Positions 59,770 to 64,000 of a stretch of DNA of 64,000 bases are shown here, piece after piece; the stretch's first letter is position 1, and every line of letters begins with the position of its first letter. Both the position numbers and the translations under genes were made by a program. This DNA comes from Octopus sinensis (taxonomy: Eukaryota), in the NCBI RefSeq assembly GCF_006345805.1, contig NC_043001.1, positions 117,118,001 through 117,182,000 of the forward strand. Reading direction: 5' to 3'. Below the pieces are notes generated by a model that made no database searches, had not been told where the DNA came from, and saw nothing but the letters and a program-made list of their open reading frames with translations.

Positions 59770-60489
59770 CGTGAAATACACGAAGGGACGAACATAAAAA
59801 ACAGACGGGTCATTCAAAGCCTTCATTCTTCAGTCAGAAACCGATTCATCATTGCAAATTTCGGCTGTTTAATTCTGAGATCTGCTCTGAATCGGCCAGC
59901 CCCAGAAGGAAAGAATGCAACGCAACAGAGACGAACATGAAACGAAAAAAAACTTTTTTGAAGACAGTAACGGTTAAAAACAAGGATGACACAGGCGCCC
60001 TACGGCTTTGAGACAGGGAGAGTTTACGAAAAAAACAAAAGACGAAGACAGGTGGTGTACAAAACAGACAGATGTATTTGTAAAACGCTCAGGAATAGAA
60101 AAAGTCTTTTACATTTCGAGCCTACGCTCTTCTACATAAAGGGACACAGAAAAAACAAGGAGAGAAAAAAATGTGTGTAGTGGCTAACGATCTGTCATAT
60201 ATATATATATACACACATACATACATACATGTACATATATGTGAAACAAGGTAGGAAAAATACTACTCAAATACCGGAGGTAGAGTAATATGCTCTATTA
60301 TTAAAGCTGCAAAAATGTCACAAATAACTGCTACTCGGAGCTTCACGTTTCCGTTCGTCGGGCAACCAGACAAACGGGGACGTGAAAGGGGCAACAGCCA
60401 GGAGTATTAGTTTGGCGCTCGAGAAAAAGGAAATTTTTTTGACGTTTCGAGCCTATGCTCTTCGACAGAAAGGGATGAGCGGGAAAAAG

Positions 60490-60527
<38 letters not shown>

Positions 60528-60570
60528 ACGAGAAAGAAAAAAATGTATTGGGAGTAACGGTTCCACATGC
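59770..60570 (-). mobile_element. Two adjacent Penelope-LTR-like segments carrying three hammerhead-like motifs with core variants
   Basis: Motifs at 60104-60145, 60326-60367 and 60437-60472. GAAGAGC.TAGGCTCGAAA is shared by two of them. The PLE assignment is inferred from the motifs. Confidence 0.5.
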
Positions 60571-60759
60571 TGTGTGCATATGTATAAAACATGCGCATAT
60601 CATACCCATGTACGCACGCAGACATGTACATGCATAAATGCATATATTTATATTTATATTCAGGCTGATTCAGAAGTGCCTTTAATATTTAAATGATATA
60701 TAAAATGCTAAAGGGATTTTGAATAATCGTGTGTTTGTGTGTGTATGTGAATGTGTATG

Positions 60760-60785
60760 TGAATGTGTGTTTATGTATATACATG

Positions 60786-60877
<92 letters not shown>

Positions 60878-61029
60878 CACCTTGTTTCACATTATGTGTT
60901 TACTCCAGTATATATATATATTATATAGGTATATATTATTATTATATATATATATCTATATATATATATAGTTATATATATATATATATATATATAGATA
61001 CATATATATATATATATATATATATATTG

Positions 61030-61061
<32 letters not shown>

Positions 61062-61376
61062 CTGGAGTAAACACATATATATATGTAAAAAACATATATA
61101 TATATATGTATGTATATATATATGTATATATTATGTATATATATATATATATTATGTATATTTATATATACATACGTACATATATATATATATATATACA
61201 TATACATCCACCTTGTTTCACATTTATGTGTTTACTCCGGTGTATATATATATATTATATTATAATATATATTATATATAGATATATATATTGTAAGTAT
61301 GTATATATATACATATATATATGTATATATATATATATATATAATATATGTATGTATATATATATATATATATACA

Positions 61377-61413
<37 letters not shown>

Positions 61414-61432
61414 GTATGTATATATATATATG
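60760..61432. repeat. ~670-bp (TA)n-dominated tract with embedded direct and inverted unique islands
   Basis: Direct reading. Confidence 0.92.
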
Positions 61433-61809
61433 AAGGTAGTATAGGTAGAAGGCATTGACCAAGCAAGAGATTACTCACGGTTCAGTTGAGTTTACTGAGT
61501 CTGGGAACTGGAGATCAACGAAGTACAACTGTGTTTGATGTGTTGTGGGTTCGATCGAGTATGAAGATAGCAATGCATTGTTCTTGCCTATTTAAATAGC
61601 TGATCGATCGAGTAGGCGTGGTAAGTAGTCACAGCCTCATTCAATGTTTTTTTGGCCCACACAGGAACGGAGAAAGAGGAGAGAGAGAGAGAGAGAAAGA
61701 GAAAGGTGGAGAGAGAGAGAGAGAGAGAGAGTGGTGGGGAGAGAGAAAGAGTTAAATTGGTGGGTGTCGAGAAATCATTTGGAAAATTTATAGATTAATA
61801 AGATAAGTA

Positions 61810-62797
61810 GCATCAACAACAACAACACCATTAATAATTACATCACCACCAACAAGTACAACATCACCGTCGTCGTCACCATCATCGATATTACTACCAT
61901 CATAATCCGCACCACCACCACCACCACCACCAACACCACCACCACCAACAACCCAACAACACCACCACCAACCACACCACCCACCACCCCACCATCCACC
62001 ATCACCACCACCCCAACCACCAACAACACAACAACACACCAACCAAACCACCACCACACCACCACCACCACCACCCACACACAACAACAACAACAACACC
62101 GCCAACACCACCACCCCACACCACCACCACCACCAACACCACCACCACCACCACCACCACCACCACCCACCACCCACCACCCAACCCACACCACCACCAC
62201 CACCCCCACCACCACCACCACCACCACCAACACCACAACAACAACAACACCAACAACAACAACAACAACACCCACAACCACACCACCGACCACCACCAAC
62301 ACCCGCCACCCCACACACCCACCACCCACCACCCACCACCCCACCACCACCACCCCACCACCAACAACACAACAACAACAACAACAACAACAACACCACC
62401 ACCACACACCAACACCCGCCACCACCACCACCCCCCACCCACCACCCACCACCACCACCACACCACCACCACCACAACAACAACAACAACCACAACAACA
62501 ACAACAACACCAACAACACCCGCCCCCACCACCCGCACCCACCACCACCACCACCACACACCACCAACGACGACGACGACAACCTGAAAAACAATGAGAA
62601 GAACAAAACAAGTGTAGTGACACCACCATCGGCGGCAGTAGTAACAACAACAACATCACACGTAGCAGCCTCTGCAGCCTCTGCAGCATCGTTCCCACCA
62701 CCAGTAACAACGTCAACAACAAGTGCAGCAAAACCACAACCAACAAGTGCAGCGACCTCGTCATCACCACCACCACCAGCAACTGCAACAAGTGCTG

Positions 62798-62835
<38 letters not shown>

Positions 62836-62887
62836 TACTACTACTACTTGCTGCTGCTGCTACTGCTGCTGCTGCTGCTGGCTGCTG

Positions 62888-62929
<42 letters not shown>

Positions 62930-62945
62930 TCAACAACAACAATAA
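61810..62945. repeat. Degenerate (CCA)/(CAA)/(CTA)/(CTG) trinucleotide low-complexity tract
   Basis: Direct reading. The register is irregular. Confidence 0.9.
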
Positions 62946-63049
62946 AAAAGCAATAACAATATTGTCAATTTTTTATGTAACAATAACATGGGTTTTGAGG
63001 AAGATATGGTTGCAATTTCTAGCCGATCTTACGACCACATAGTGGATCC

Positions 63050-63330
63050 CTTGTTGTCTGAAATCGCAGAAGGGATCACTGCATCGTAACAATAACAACA
63101 ATGATGACAGCCAGAGGTCGGAGCCTGTCTGTGAATGACCTTCTGGCGGCAATCAATCGTTTAACCTTTTCTGGATGCAGTCTAGGATCTTGTGTGTCCA
63201 GCAACACTATTGTCCCAGATGTGGAAGCAACACTCCACAGAGGATCTCATCTGAACTTTGAAGAGTTTTTAGTAATATCAATACAAAATGTCATACTTTT
63301 GCTTTTCTTTGCAGCAAATTTAATTCCTTA
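63050..63330 (-). mobile_element. Degenerate CR1/L2/Jockey-type LINE ORF2 C-terminal fragment
   Basis: Minus strand KLFKVQMRSSVECCFHIWD...CIQKRLNRLI...FTDRLRPLA resembles LYKAQVRP.LEYCSHIW...LDRIQ..A.RLI. Confidence 0.45.
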
Positions 63331-63847
63331 TACTTTATATATTTCTTATTTGCTGACCAAGACCATCGCTGGAGTTCTACTATTTTTCTTTGATACCACA
63401 AAGTTACTCCGATATACACATTTCTAAGACTCTATAGATGAGGATGAAGAATATTTGTAGCACTATAGGCGAATTACAAATGCATAAGTTGAAGAGACAC
63501 GGCTATGTTGAGAAAAATAAGTGCTTTTTAATTTTACAAATTCATTGGCGTGTAACTTAAATTATCCCTTTGGTCTGAAGAGATGTTTTGATTTTTTACG
63601 CATGAACTTTTGAAGTCAGTAGACGGTTTTAAATTTGAATACGGACCGATATGATGGGTTCCTCAACTCTACTTTATTGAGACGGAAGATTGTGGATCTT
63701 TTCGTATCGAAGAACGAAGAATCTTATTATAAAATAGTATAATGAAATGATCGAATATTAAATGTTCATTCTGATTGAACTAGTATATATATATATAAAG
63801 ATTTATGATTCTAATGGTCACTAATTAACTGACTTTTACTTTTATAT

Positions 63848-63881
<34 letters not shown>

Positions 63882-64000
63882 GAGTTACAGAATGGAGTAG
63901 ATAAGATCCGGATTACATATGTTTCAAAGCGAGCGTACCCTCAGAAGTGGTAAAAATCCAAGCGAGGAGTATACCGCCGGCTACTCTTCAGGACAACGAT

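Noticed and set aside
59815-59845. Minus-strand CTGAAGA...GAAT motif
   Set aside because: It has GAAT instead of GAAA and the stems are not convincing. It may be a decayed hammerhead but is unsupported.
441-61478. Dozens of ORFs rich in YI/CV/HT/MYVC repeats
   Set aside because: They are translations of (TA)n, (CA)n and (ATGT)n microsatellites, which lack stops in some frames. There is no splice or domain support.
61788-63042. Long Gly/Val/Trp-rich and Thr/Pro/Ala-rich (mucin-like) ORFs
   Set aside because: They come from a degenerate trinucleotide tract that is open in several frames and on both strands, with an irregular register suggesting low-quality sequence.

Overview
AT-rich, microsatellite- and SINE-dense eukaryotic DNA. 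It is most likely an Octopus (coleoid cephalopod) genome; this is inferred from the repeat families and not verified by search. Two host genes are supportable. (1) A + strand heterotrimeric G-protein gamma subunit of 66 aa, MSSQVQSLQKQLSQLRQEASISRIPVSQAIEDLLVYMNEHATQDALVIGVNQSENPFRDQKSCIIL, with exons 18987-19081 and 43564-43669, a 24.5-kb phase-2 intron and a probable extra intron in the 3' UTR. The ORF track misses it. (2) A convergent - strand gene (52676-52920) for an 81-aa secreted six-cysteine peptide whose signal peptide and mature region are separated by a 1-nt frameshift in a T-run. The rest is transposon debris: at least four tRNA-headed SINE families, RTE-X-like, RTE-BovB-like, CR1-like and R4/Dong-like LINEs, a Gypsy remnant, mariner/Tc1 pieces, MITEs, a Helentron-type element and Penelope-like fragments. 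The most unusual signal is a set of seven minimal hammerhead-ribozyme-like motifs of several sequence types. Some have an intact catalytic core, some have core variants, and one sits about 60 nt from the peptide gene's splice acceptor. There is also a cluster of long fold-back inverted repeats in the G-gamma intron and a perfect 90-bp palindrome upstream of the peptide gene. Everything was read by eye. Repeat boundaries are approximate (about +/-20 nt unless a TSD is given), SINE letter names are my own labels, and no database search or folding program was run.
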